DNA of 27,879 nucleotides from an uncultured virus (IMG/VR IMGVR_UViG_3300042376_001667) (Duplodnaviria > Heunggongvirae > Uroviricota > Caudoviricetes): IMG/VR virus record IMGVR_UViG_3300042376_001667. One strand, 5' to 3'. The notes beneath the pieces were generated by a model, which searched no databases, had not been told where the DNA came from, and saw nothing but the letters and a program-made list of their open reading frames with translations. This document shows, in pieces, positions 14,346-23,853 of the stretch. The translations under genes were made by a program, and so were the position numbers. Each line of letters starts with the position of its first letter. Positions within the stretch are counted from its first letter, which is position 1.

Positions 14346-16594
14346 AAAAGAAAATTCTTGATTCTTTAAATTCAAGAATAACAACTGAGATTTCAGGTCA
14401 CAATCCCCTTAAATATTTACTTAAGCTTAAAACAGAAGATTATATTGATACACTAATTTCTATTGTATATTTATATACTAGACCAAAGAAGGGTCATAAT
14501 AAAAATTCCATTTATCTTACAGAAGTTATTTCAGCTATCGGACATGGTATTCGTAACAAGTTCAAGCTAAAGCGTGACTCAGCATTGGCTGCTAAAACTG
14601 GCGCTTTTATGCTATACACCTTTGAGCATCTCGGATATATTCAGGTTGTTCTTGGACAAGGCTCAAAAGGACATAATATATATCTTGTGCAAGTGCTTAA
14701 TGATGATGAGATTTGTAATTTGTGGAACTCACTAGACCCTTCTCAAATTGAAAAGTTACCTTCAGAAATTCCTTACGAACCGTGGACTTCTGCAAAACAT
14801 TCAACGGGTGTCTGGCTTGTTAAGACAGGCAATAAAACAGTTTTAGACAACCTTACTCCGGAAACACACCCTATTGTCTTTAGCTGTGTTAACAGAGCAC
14901 AGCAAATAGGATGGAAAATAAACAATTGTGTTTATGATCTCCACTTGTGGGCTCTACGAAATAAAACAGACGCATTCTCTGAAATTTGGGAATTGTCTAA
15001 TGCAGAAGCAAAAGCAACTAAGCTAAGAGAAGCGAAAGCTATAGGTGACATTTCACGAAGATTTTTGAACAAGGTCTTTTATCACCTTTACTATTATGAC
15101 TTTAGAGGTCGTAAATATACCGCTACTGCATATTTGCATGAGCAAGGCTCTGACCTTGCAAGAGGTCTACTGTTAAGAGCAGATTCAAAACCAATTGGAA
15201 AAGAAGGCTTCTTTTGGCTAATGGTGTCAATTGCTTCAAATTGGGCGGGTGATGCTGGCAGAGAAGATGGTGCAAAGACTGACAAAATACCACTTCAAGA
15301 ACGATATCTTTGGGCTCTAGACAACGAAGAAATTCTATTGTCATATGCCGAAAACCCTAAAGTAAATCAAGGCTGGATGAAAGCTGATAATCCTTGGCAA
15401 TTCATTGCAGCGTGCAACGAACTAATGCGATTTAGAATCTGGCAAATGAATGTGTATGAAAACCACAAAGATGTTGTAGCTGAATATGACTACCCATCAT
15501 CTCTTGAAGTATATATTGACGGGTCAAACAATGGTAGTCAGCATCTTGCAGCATTGACTAAAGATGAAATAATTGCACCGCATGTAAATCTGGTGCCATT
15601 AAACTTGCCTGGAGATCTCTACAAGTATGTCGGTGACCATGTCTGGAAACATCTTGAAGAAGAGCTTTCTTTAATGACAAATGAAGAAATTCAGGACTGT
15701 GAACGAGTCATTGATAATCTAATTTATCTTAAAAAGCAAATAAACGCTGCTGAACCTAAAAGTGATTTTAGAAAACAACTTATAGAACAGATCAAAGAAT
15801 TTAAGTCTGAAAATGATCAGCTTATTGGGATTGCTGCACCTGTATTTTGGTCTAGAATTAAAGATGCAAAACACAAAAGAAAGATTGTGAAAAGAAATAC
15901 GATGACTATCCCGTATGGCGGAACAGCCTATGGTCTAGGTCAGCAAATCATTGATGATGCTAGAAAGCATAATATTGAACTTTTGCTTTATATGGAACAT
16001 CGGTGGGGTGCATATCTCGGAAGAGAAGTGTTTAATGACTGCAAGCGTTCTTTAGAAAAGCCTATGCAACTGCTTAAGATCTTTGAAGAGGCTGGTCGAA
16101 AAGCTGAGCAAGACGACAAGTTCTTATCCTGGACTGTGCCTGTTACAAAGTTTCCTGTAGTACAAAATTATACAGAAGGCATTGTTAAAAAGATCTGGGT
16201 ACAATATGGTCCACCGCAAGGTGTCAGAAACAGCACAGGTTACTTTGACAATACACTGCAATTAGCAATATGCTTCATTGAAGATGTTAAGCCTTCAAAA
16301 GGCAAACAATCTCAAGGTGCAAGCCCTAATATTATTCACAGCCTTGACGCTGCGCATTTGTCTATGATTGTAGCTTCCTCTGACTTTCCTGTAACGACTA
16401 TTCATGATTCTTTCGGATGTCTTCTGGCAGATATGCCTAAGTTGTTTGCAGTAACTAGACAGACATTTGTTGAGCTTTATAAACAAGATCCTTTAACGTC
16501 AATCATGAAAGATATAGGAGGTAATGCAAATGAAGTAGAACTAGGAAATCTTGATTTAAACTTGGTAATTGAATCTGAATATTGTTTTTGCTAA
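14342..16594 (+). CDS. Single-subunit DNA-directed RNA polymerase (T7-like)
   Basis: DFRGRKY, motif A IDGSNNGSQH, motif B RKIVKRNTMTIPYGG, PNIIHSLDAAH and motif C TIHDSFG. Likely start ATG 14342 (750 aa). Confidence 0.95.
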   Translation: MKKKILDSLNSRITTEISGHNPLKYLLKLKTEDYIDTLISIVYLYTRPKKGHNKNSIYLTEVISAIGHGIRNKFKLKRDSALAAKTGAFMLYTFEHLGYIQVVLGQGSKGHNIYLVQVLNDDEICNLWNSLDPSQIEKLPSEIPYEPWTSAKHSTGVWLVKTGNKTVLDNLTPETHPIVFSCVNRAQQIGWKINNCVYDLHLWALRNKTDAFSEIWELSNAEAKATKLREAKAIGDISRRFLNKVFYHLYYYDFRGRKYTATAYLHEQGSDLARGLLLRADSKPIGKEGFFWLMVSIASNWAGDAGREDGAKTDKIPLQERYLWALDNEEILLSYAENPKVNQGWMKADNPWQFIAACNELMRFRIWQMNVYENHKDVVAEYDYPSSLEVYIDGSNNGSQHLAALTKDEIIAPHVNLVPLNLPGDLYKYVGDHVWKHLEEELSLMTNEEIQDCERVIDNLIYLKKQINAAEPKSDFRKQLIEQIKEFKSENDQLIGIAAPVFWSRIKDAKHKRKIVKRNTMTIPYGGTAYGLGQQIIDDARKHNIELLLYMEHRWGAYLGREVFNDCKRSLEKPMQLLKIFEEAGRKAEQDDKFLSWTVPVTKFPVVQNYTEGIVKKIWVQYGPPQGVRNSTGYFDNTLQLAICFIEDVKPSKGKQSQGASPNIIHSLDAAHLSMIVASSDFPVTTIHDSFGCLLADMPKLFAVTRQTFVELYKQDPLTSIMKDIGGNANEVELGNLDLNLVIESEYCFC

Positions 16595-16597
16595 ATT

Positions 16598-17008
16598 ATG
16601 AAAACACTTGGCACAAATCTTAAGACTCTTAAAGAGTGTGGTATACCAGCACTTTATGAGAAAATTTATAAATATTGTGAATCTTATAACAATGAAAGCT
16701 CCGATTTAGAGTTCCCTATCGGAGATAATTTTAATGTTGACCTAGGTGGTCCAATTCTGCTTGCAGAAACCGTAGAAGATTTACAAGTAATTCAAACAAA
16801 TCACTATAATCACGACGCTAGTCGATATTACAGTATTGCAGAACGTGCTTGTCAATTTGATATTTGTGAGTATTTTGATGATGAAAAGTATGTTTACGTA
16901 CTGATGTGTACACACAATGGTGGCGGTACTACCTATCTGATTCCTAAAGAACTCGCAGATAAATTTGAAACAATTCGTGAAAGTATTAAGCTAACAGCCT
17001 ATGATTAA
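16598..17008 (+). CDS. Hypothetical protein
   Basis: Operon-packed ORF of 136 aa. Confidence 0.6.
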   Translation: MKTLGTNLKTLKECGIPALYEKIYKYCESYNNESSDLEFPIGDNFNVDLGGPILLAETVEDLQVIQTNHYNHDASRYYSIAERACQFDICEYFDDEKYVYVLMCTHNGGGTTYLIPKELADKFETIRESIKLTAYD

Positions 17009-17210
17009 GGTAACTAAGACATCAATTATCAGTGGTACTACTAGAACTATCGAATTACCGATTACTCAAGATCAACTTGAGCGTTGGCAACGTGGTGAAG
17101 ATTTGATTCAAAACATTATGCCAGACTTGACGCCAGAACAACGAGAGTTTGTCATGACTGGTGTAACTTCTGAAGAGTGGGATGATACTTTTAAAGACGA
17201 GGATGTTTAA
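17001..17210 (+). CDS. Small conserved-looking phage protein
   Basis: LIQNIMPDLTPEQREFVMTGVT.EEWD pattern. Overlaps the upstream stop. Confidence 0.7.
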   Translation: MIKVTKTSIISGTTRTIELPITQDQLERWQRGEDLIQNIMPDLTPEQREFVMTGVTSEEWDDTFKDEDV

Positions 17211-17211
17211 A

Positions 17212-17451
17212 ATGGATGTTAATAACCTTTATATTATTGCTACAATTGGTAATAATGATGCTATTATTGCAATCCCACACTCTCAAGAAGCACTGGTTTT
17301 TCTATCGAAAATCAAGATTCTATCTCGAACGAGTAATTGGCGTGGTCTTTCAGAATTTGAGCATACCGACAAAAAGATGTATTTGTCGCTTGTAGATTAC
17401 GAGTCTATCAAGCAATTGCCTACACCTGTTCCGCCTGAAGACAAAATTTAA
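17212..17451 (+). CDS. Hypothetical protein
   Basis: GAGG upstream, and the ATG is one base after the previous stop. Confidence 0.55.
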   Translation: MDVNNLYIIATIGNNDAIIAIPHSQEALVFLSKIKILSRTSNWRGLSEFEHTDKKMYLSLVDYESIKQLPTPVPPEDKI

Positions 17452-17522
17452 AGTGAACATTTGTTAAGCAATCCCGTTAAGTTAACCCTCAAGTGAGGGA
17501 CATGTTTTTACTAAGGAATTTT

Positions 17523-18017
17523 ATGCCGATTATTTCTAACTGCGAGTTGTGGTTTCCAAAGCTGGACCCCAAGCGTCCTAACAGCAAATTCAATAAAGAG
17601 AATCCTACGTGGGAAGTGCAAATTCGCACTTCCTCGAAGGAAGTCAAAAAGAACTGGGAAGAACTTCAGCTCCCTGTAAAAGCTATTGTGCCTGATGAAG
17701 GTGCCCCGTATTACCGCGTCAATCTCAAGAAGAAAGTCTTCAAAGAAAACGGTGAAAATTCTTCTCCAGTCAAGCTTGTAAATGGTAAGCTGGAAGATAT
17801 GGATCCTAATTCTGTGGGTAACGGCAGTCTTGGCAATGTTCGCATTTACCAATACGAGTATCCTAAGAAGGATGGCGGAAAAGGCTTTGCAAGCGTTTTG
17901 ATGGGCGTGCAAGTTACTAAGCATGTGCTTTATACTCCCAAGGCTCGTAATGATGAGTTTGGTGAGACCGAAACGGAGATTGTAGAACCTTCTGAAGACG
18001 AAACGGAAGAGTTCTAA
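17523..18017 (+). CDS. Single-stranded DNA-binding protein (T7 gp2.5-like)
   Basis: VGNGS.G.V and L.GVQV OB-fold motifs, with an acidic tail ending in Phe (EDETEEF). AAGGA RBS before ATG 17523. Confidence 0.8.
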   Translation: MPIISNCELWFPKLDPKRPNSKFNKENPTWEVQIRTSSKEVKKNWEELQLPVKAIVPDEGAPYYRVNLKKKVFKENGENSSPVKLVNGKLEDMDPNSVGNGSLGNVRIYQYEYPKKDGGKGFASVLMGVQVTKHVLYTPKARNDEFGETETEIVEPSEDETEEF

Positions 18018-18021
18018 CATT

Positions 18022-18050
18022 AAGGGGCTACCTCATGGGTAGCCCCTTTT
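18022..18050 (+). terminator. Rho-independent terminator
   Basis: AAGGGGCTACC-TCATG-GGTAGCCCCTT followed by TT. Confidence 0.8.
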
Positions 18051-18068
18051 AATTTGAAAGGAGAACTT

Positions 18069-18680
18069 GTGCTATATACGTATACTGTTTATAAAACTAT
18101 TGACCCAGGTCGTCAAATTATTCGCTGTGATATTTTTACAAGAGAAGAAGAACTTAAGTTCGGGCATGTTGTCAAGCCTTATCATGTGACTATATTTGAT
18201 AATATGCTAAACAAAGAGATTAGTGTTTTAAACACAAGAGAGGATCTTAGTAAGTGGCTAGAATTTGTCGAAGATAAGCGAGTTGCTGCAGAACGGGTGC
18301 AAGCTTGGAAACCTAAAATGGATCAAAAGCTTGCAACAGGTGGAGTTGAAAAAGTCGCTGCAGCAGGTAGAATTGACACAGTCACAACAATAATAAATTC
18401 AACAGCGGTTAAACCGACACATTACGAAAACTTCATTGATGAATATCAATGGATTGACGCAATGTCTAGGATTCCAAGATTTAAGGATCCTAAAGTATTC
18501 ATTGCAGCTGTAGAATTACAAGTTCGTAAATACCTTGATCGGAACGGTCGAAAAGATGAAGAACTGCAAGAGCTGAAGAAAGGTTTGTTCTACTATATGT
18601 ATATGGTAAAGTACATTCAAAATAACAACACGCCTATTTTAGCAAAAGATATCCATGCAATTATGGAGCACTTTAAGTGA
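18069..18680 (+). CDS. Protein with C-terminal DUF3310-like domain
   Basis: V.P.HY...WID.M...KYL.R.G.K...QELKK..FY pattern. AAGGAG RBS favours GTG 18069. Confidence 0.65.
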   Translation: MLYTYTVYKTIDPGRQIIRCDIFTREEELKFGHVVKPYHVTIFDNMLNKEISVLNTREDLSKWLEFVEDKRVAAERVQAWKPKMDQKLATGGVEKVAAAGRIDTVTTIINSTAVKPTHYENFIDEYQWIDAMSRIPRFKDPKVFIAAVELQVRKYLDRNGRKDEELQELKKGLFYYMYMVKYIQNNNTPILAKDIHAIMEHFK

Positions 18681-20542
18681 AAGTGATCTTTGATGCAGAA
18701 GCAGATGGATTACTTCTAGTAGCCAAACGAATGTGGATTTTATCTACATTTGTACACGAAACAAAAGACCGTAAAACTTTCTTAGAAAATGACTTAGGCT
18801 GGCAAGATCAGTTTAACAATGCAACGCATGTTATTGGCCATAACATTATGGCTTATGACTTGCCATTGCTTGAGAAGTTGTTTGGTTACAAATTGCCAAA
18901 GCATGTGACACCTATTGATACTATGATTCTATCACAAGTTTTAAACTATAAGAGGTTTGGAACTGATGGACATAGCTTAGGTCGGTGGGGCGAAGCGCTT
19001 GGTCACAAAAAACCTGAGCATGAAGATTGGTCTCAATATTCAGAAGAAATGCGTATTCGAAATACTGAAGACGTTGAAATTACAGTTAAAGTGTTTGATA
19101 CTGTAAGAGCTGAATATCAAGCACTTCTTGCAAAAGAACCTAAGATTAAATTTTACATTAGAGCTGAACATGCTGCAGCTAAATGGTGTGCAACAGCTTC
19201 TCTCCACGGCTGGCCTTTTGATGTGCCAGCTGCGAAAACTCTATATGAAAACCTTGAGACATCGATGGGAAGGGCGTACACAGCTTTGAATGAAAAACTT
19301 GGAATGAAATGTGTAGCTGTTGATAAAAAGAAAGGCATTGTTGAAGAGAAGCGTCCCAAATGGACTAAGCAAGGCTGCTATGATGTTCATACTGCAAATT
19401 GGTTTAACATAGATCCATGGTCAGGTTTTGAGGGTGAGGCACGTCCTATTCTAGGTCCATACTCAAGAGTTGAATTTCAAAATTTAAGTCTAGATTCTGT
19501 CACTGATGTAAAAACATTCTTATATCGACATGGTTGGCAGCCTACAGAATGGAACTACAAAATTGATGAAGACACAGGTAAGAAAGTAAAATCGTCTCCA
19601 AAAATTTCCGAAGACAGTCTTGAGTTTCTAGGCGGTGATGGCAAACTTTATACTGAGTTTTTAACTGCAAGATCTCGGTATGGTATTCTTAAAACATGGC
19701 TAGAAAATACTGATGAAAATGGAATGCTACATGGTGATTGTATGCTGGTCGGAACACCTAGTATGCGTGCCAGACATTCAATTATTGTCAATGTTCCAAG
19801 TGCCGACAGTCCTTGGGGTAAAGAGATGCGATCGCTTTTTACTTGTTTGCCTGGCTGGAAATTGATTGGCTGTGATTCATCTGGTAATCAAGCAAGAGGC
19901 CTTGCCCACTATCTTGGTGATGAAAAATTCATCGATACCCTTCTCAACGGCGACATCCACCAGTATAATGCAGATGTTCTTACGGCTGTATTGAAATCTA
20001 TAAATGTAGACTTTGTAGTAAAGCGCTCTCAAGCAAAGCGTATCTTGTATGCGTTCTTGTTTGGAGCATCTGGTGGCAAATTATGGAGTTATATCTTTGG
20101 TGTAATTGACGATATTCAAGGCAAAAAATTAAAGAATGGCTTCCTAAAAGCTGTTCCTGGATTTAAAGCACTTCTTGAAAAACTCGAAAGCATTTATGGT
20201 AAAACATCACAATTCGGTGACGGCTACATTCCTAGCCTTGCTGGTAACCGTATTTATGTGGATTCCTTTCACAAGCTTCTTGTGTATCTCTTACAGTCTG
20301 CTGAAAAGATTACCTGTGCATCGGCTTTAATGCTTACTGCAGAAGCTCTTGAAAAGGAGAATATTCCATATATTCCGTGTATCTTTTATCACGATGAAAT
20401 CGATTTCATGGTACCTGCGCAATATGCTGAGCGTGCTGGAGAAATCGGTAAAAAGTCTTTTGCAGAAGGTCCTAAGTTGTTCGGTGTAACAATTATGGAC
20501 GGTGGCGCAAAAATTGGCAACAACTGGTACGACGTGCACTAA
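18677..20542 (+). CDS. DNA polymerase, family A (T7-like) with 3'-5' exonuclease
   Basis: Exo motifs FDAEADGL, GHNIMAYD and HSL..WG. Polymerase motif A GCDSSGNQAR, GDIH, motif B RSQAKRILYAFLFG and motif C YHDE. Confidence 0.95.
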   Translation: MKVIFDAEADGLLLVAKRMWILSTFVHETKDRKTFLENDLGWQDQFNNATHVIGHNIMAYDLPLLEKLFGYKLPKHVTPIDTMILSQVLNYKRFGTDGHSLGRWGEALGHKKPEHEDWSQYSEEMRIRNTEDVEITVKVFDTVRAEYQALLAKEPKIKFYIRAEHAAAKWCATASLHGWPFDVPAAKTLYENLETSMGRAYTALNEKLGMKCVAVDKKKGIVEEKRPKWTKQGCYDVHTANWFNIDPWSGFEGEARPILGPYSRVEFQNLSLDSVTDVKTFLYRHGWQPTEWNYKIDEDTGKKVKSSPKISEDSLEFLGGDGKLYTEFLTARSRYGILKTWLENTDENGMLHGDCMLVGTPSMRARHSIIVNVPSADSPWGKEMRSLFTCLPGWKLIGCDSSGNQARGLAHYLGDEKFIDTLLNGDIHQYNADVLTAVLKSINVDFVVKRSQAKRILYAFLFGASGGKLWSYIFGVIDDIQGKKLKNGFLKAVPGFKALLEKLESIYGKTSQFGDGYIPSLAGNRIYVDSFHKLLVYLLQSAEKITCASALMLTAEALEKENIPYIPCIFYHDEIDFMVPAQYAERAGEIGKKSFAEGPKLFGVTIMDGGAKIGNNWYDVH

Positions 20543-20543
20543 A

Positions 20544-20876
20544 ATGAATACTGATCCTAAACCAAGCACTCTGGCTTACACTATTCCAAAGCCGATTAAA
20601 AGATTACAAAAGAACCCATTACATTTAGAGGCTCGCTATAGTATACCTCCAGACAGACAAATCGGGACAACTACGGCAATTGCATTTGAAACGATTGCCA
20701 AAGCAATTAAAAATCCTTATACTTGGATTCTTATTTTAGATCATTACGGTACTGCCGAAGCCGATAGGCATTTACAGATGGTAATAAGCAGAGTATGTAC
20801 TTCGCTTGAATTGAAACAAATCTATTTTAAAATGGTAAATTCAAAGTTTTTTGTAGCTTTTGGAGATCCTAAATGA
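20544..20876 (+). CDS. Hypothetical protein
   Basis: ATG one base after the polymerase stop. Its TGA overlaps the next ATG. Confidence 0.6.
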   Translation: MNTDPKPSTLAYTIPKPIKRLQKNPLHLEARYSIPPDRQIGTTTAIAFETIAKAIKNPYTWILILDHYGTAEADRHLQMVISRVCTSLELKQIYFKMVNSKFFVAFGDPK

Positions 20877-21161
20877 AATTTCCTTTCAAAGAATATTTGC
20901 TTGTTGTACTAGCAGAAGAAGCTGCAGAAGTTCAAAAAAAAAGCTCTTAAATGTCTACGCTTTGGAATTAATTATTCTGAAGTGGAAGGCCATCAGAGCA
21001 ATCTAGATAAGCTTGAAACTGAGTGGAACGAGTTAGTCGCAATTGTTGAAATGTTGAATGAAGAAGGCGTTAAGCTTAGGACATTCACTAAACTTATTGA
21101 AGCTAAGAAAGCAAGAATAGGATTTTATTATGACAAGTTCTCTAAACTCACTGAAGTATAA
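20873..21161 (+). pseudogene. MazG-like NTP pyrophosphohydrolase, frameshifted at an A9 run
   Basis: MKFPFKEYLLVVLAEEAAEVQK in one frame continues as KALKCLRFG...NLDKLETEWNELVAIVEML in the +1 frame across A9 (20934-20942). Confidence 0.65.
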
Positions 21162-21372
21162 GGTAATGGTTGGCTTTAAGCAGTATATGGATTTTAGTAA
21201 AGGATACACGTACCTTTCTGATAAAGAGTATAAGAAAGACGACTTAGTGTTAGTGCCTGCAGGTAATTGGTATTCTGTAGGTAAGGTTGAAAGCTGTTCT
21301 GATCTTGTGGAAAAAGATTTAGATCCGCATGTCAAGTATAAAGCTATTATTCAAAAAGTAGACATTAAATAG
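21130..21372 (+). CDS. Hypothetical phage protein
   Basis: Y.YLSD..YK.DDLVLVP pattern. Start is uncertain (21130 or 21166). Confidence 0.6.
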   Translation: MTSSLNSLKYKVMVGFKQYMDFSKGYTYLSDKEYKKDDLVLVPAGNWYSVGKVESCSDLVEKDLDPHVKYKAIIQKVDIK

Positions 21373-21465
21373 CTATTTTCAGCTCTTCATGCTAAAAGAT
21401 TTAAATAGACTGCAAAGCTAAGTTACTGTTTATCATTTTGAATGTAAAGTAAATTTTATCAAAGA

Positions 21466-21669
21466 ATGAAAGTTATGCCTAATTTAGAAACGTACGAGCA
21501 ATGGATTCGTACATGTCAAGAGTGTGGTTACAAACAGAAAGCAATTAAACCAAGCCAAGAAAAAGAATTGACAGACTCATATCGAAATAGTAAATGTAGA
21601 AAGTGTCGGAGTGAGGCTTTAGACTATGGAAAGTTTGTATCTTCTTCGCAAGTCAAGACAACCCCATAG
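21466..21669 (+). CDS. Small Zn-ribbon-like protein
   Basis: Contains CQEC and CRKC. Confidence 0.55.
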   Translation: MKVMPNLETYEQWIRTCQECGYKQKAIKPSQEKELTDSYRNSKCRKCRSEALDYGKFVSSSQVKTTP

Positions 21670-21731
21670 AAGTTTTCCATATTTAAGAAGCCCATATACT
21701 ATCGATAAATTATTGTTCAAAATAAAGCCGA

Positions 21732-22229
21732 ATGAATATCTTTATATTAGAAGTAAATCCTCAAGTTGCAGCTCAAATGTTAATGGATAAACATGTTGTC
21801 AAGATGGCATTAGAGACTGCACAAATTCTTTCCACAGTCAGCGGAGGCCCTTATAAGCCAACTCATAAGAATCATCCGTGTGTTCTTTGGGCAGGCTCCT
21901 TTTCAGAAAATTATGCTTGGCTAGTAGAACATGGTATCGGTATTTGTAATGAATATGAATATCGATACGGAAAAGAGCATAAGTGTCAGGAAGTAATTTA
22001 CAAGCTTAGAAATCCTCCGAACACACTTACAAAAGGACTCTCACCCTTTGTGCAATGCATGCCAGATGACTACAAAAAAGAACTTGCTGTAGACGCTTAT
22101 AGAGCATATTACCATAGCAAGCGATCATTTGCAACTTGGACTAAACGTAATAAACCTTATTGGTGGAAAGTACAAGATGTTCAAAGTATTCGAACAACAT
22201 CGATTGACCCAAGGACCATTGTCATTTAG
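21732..22229 (+). CDS. Pyrimidine-dimer DNA glycosylase-like protein (DenV-related family)
   Basis: MNIF.L...P..AAQ...DKHVVKM.LE.AQ.L, YKPTH.NHPC..W, EY..RYGK.H, QCMPD.Y and AYR.YY motifs. Confidence 0.8.
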   Translation: MNIFILEVNPQVAAQMLMDKHVVKMALETAQILSTVSGGPYKPTHKNHPCVLWAGSFSENYAWLVEHGIGICNEYEYRYGKEHKCQEVIYKLRNPPNTLTKGLSPFVQCMPDDYKKELAVDAYRAYYHSKRSFATWTKRNKPYWWKVQDVQSIRTTSIDPRTIVI

Positions 22230-22311
22230 TTGGAAATGTCTTAAGTGCAATGGCAAGACAAATAATTATTTTGTAAAGTGTTTATATTGTAATCAAAGGA
22301 GGTATGTTTGA
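22177..22311 (+). CDS. Small Zn-finger-like protein
   Basis: WKCLKC...N....CLYC. Its stop overlaps the exonuclease TTG start. Confidence 0.45.
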   Translation: MFKVFEQHRLTQGPLSFSWKCLKCNGKTNNYFVKCLYCNQRRYV

Positions 22312-23132
22312 CAATAGCAATAATTGATGGAGATGTTTTGTGCTACCAAGCATGTAAGCCTCGTTGGGAAAAGAAAGCGAGAATTGAGGATGGAGTTTCT
22401 TTCATATCACTGGATGACAGTGGCAGTCGAATACCGCTTGAGTGGACAAAAGATGAAGATAGACATTACTTGGAAGAATCTTGGGAAAATCTCAAGAAAG
22501 ATTTGAGTTCACTTCTTGACGTTCTTTTTTGTACGGAATATTTAATGGCTGTAAAAGGCTCTGGAAATTTCAGAAACAGTCTGTACCCAGAGTATAAACT
22601 TAATCGACATGCAGATCCTAATAAACAAAACCACTTTGTTCCAACACTTAGAAAATTAGCTGTTGCTGAAGATTTAGCAGTAGAAGCTACTGGAAGAGAA
22701 GCTGATGATTTGATGCGAATGTGGGCCGAAGAGGCAATCGCATCCGGTGATGAGTATGTAATTTGCTCGATAGATAAAGACTTAAAATGTATTCCAGGTA
22801 AACACTACTTGATGCATAAAAAAGAGTTTATAACAGTAAGTCCAGATGAAGCTCTTAGACACTATTATGAGCAACTTTTAAAAGGCGATCCAACAGATAA
22901 TATACCTGGAGTGCCACGTGTAGGCGAGGTTAAGGCTAAAAAGTTTCTAGAAAATTGTCAAACTGAAAATGAATTTCAAGAAGCCGTTGTAGACCAATAC
23001 TTAATGGCGTATGGCGATGATTGGAAACAATATCTGCTGAGTAATGGAAAAATGATTTATCTTCAGAAACATAAAAATGACTACTTTAAAATAGAAGATT
23101 GGCCGATAGTACGAGAGTTAGGAGGTTTATGA
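22308..23132 (+). CDS. 5'-3' exonuclease (T7 gp6/FEN-like)
   Basis: IIDGDVL, NFR...PEYK.NR, EADD, SIDKDL..IPG and GDPTDNIPG...VG..KA motifs. Confidence 0.9.
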   Translation: MTIAIIDGDVLCYQACKPRWEKKARIEDGVSFISLDDSGSRIPLEWTKDEDRHYLEESWENLKKDLSSLLDVLFCTEYLMAVKGSGNFRNSLYPEYKLNRHADPNKQNHFVPTLRKLAVAEDLAVEATGREADDLMRMWAEEAIASGDEYVICSIDKDLKCIPGKHYLMHKKEFITVSPDEALRHYYEQLLKGDPTDNIPGVPRVGEVKAKKFLENCQTENEFQEAVVDQYLMAYGDDWKQYLLSNGKMIYLQKHKNDYFKIEDWPIVRELGGL

Positions 23133-23623
23133 AATTTGAAGGTATGGTGCCTTCCATCTCAATTCCAGTTTCTATTCCAAAACAAACACGTTTTAATAAT
23201 GGACACTGGTGCTTCCCTGAGCAGATGGGAGACTCAGTAGGGTTTATCTATGTAATACGTGATACAATTCTTGAGAGATTTTACCTAGGTAAGAAACTGT
23301 TTGTAGGTACAGGTAAGCTTAACAAAGGTAAGGAATCTAATTGGAAAAAGTACACATCTTCCTCAAAAGTTTTAAATGAACTCTTAAAGCATAGACCTAA
23401 AGAAGAGTTTGATTTTGTTTGTTTAGAGCAATATAAAACAAAAGGCACATTGTCATATTCAGAGACATGGTCTTTATGTTTTGTAGAAGCACCTACAAAC
23501 AAGATGTGGTATAACACTTTGATTGAAAAAGTTTCATGGCCTGTTAAAGAGCCTATCACAGCCAGGCACAGAGATAGATTATTTAAGGTCTGTAATGGAC
23601 ACAATTTCAAGGATGAGATATGA
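23129..23623 (+). CDS. GIY-YIG-like endonuclease
   Basis: GFIYVI.......YLGKK, ESNWKKY.SS and later E and YN residues. GGAGG RBS before ATG 23129. Confidence 0.7.
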   Translation: MKFEGMVPSISIPVSIPKQTRFNNGHWCFPEQMGDSVGFIYVIRDTILERFYLGKKLFVGTGKLNKGKESNWKKYTSSSKVLNELLKHRPKEEFDFVCLEQYKTKGTLSYSETWSLCFVEAPTNKMWYNTLIEKVSWPVKEPITARHRDRLFKVCNGHNFKDEI

Positions 23624-23853
23624 AAACTTTTGCTAAAGTTATTGACATTGTAAACTTCTTTGTTGTTGCATTTGGTGTTTACGCTTGTATTACAGCTTTT
23701 ACGAAGCTGCTTGATGTGCCTGAATGGAGTCATTTTGAATATCTAGGAGCAGCATTCTCTGCACTTATCTTTGGAGCTTTTCTTTCAGCTATTAAAGGAC
23801 ATCTTGTAGAAAATGGGCAAAATCGTCAAAAAGAATCTGAAATGTCTAAGTAA
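23620..23853 (+). CDS. Small two-TM membrane protein
   Basis: Two hydrophobic segments and an ATGA overlap with the upstream gene. Confidence 0.6.
   Translation: MKTFAKVIDIVNFFVVAFGVYACITAFTKLLDVPEWSHFEYLGAAFSALIFGAFLSAIKGHLVENGQNRQKESEMSK

Noticed and set aside
23129..23623. GIY-YIG-like gene as part of an intron
   Set aside because: The flanking genes are complete and overlap it directly, so it is free-standing. No intron or intein is evident in the polymerase, helicase or RNR.
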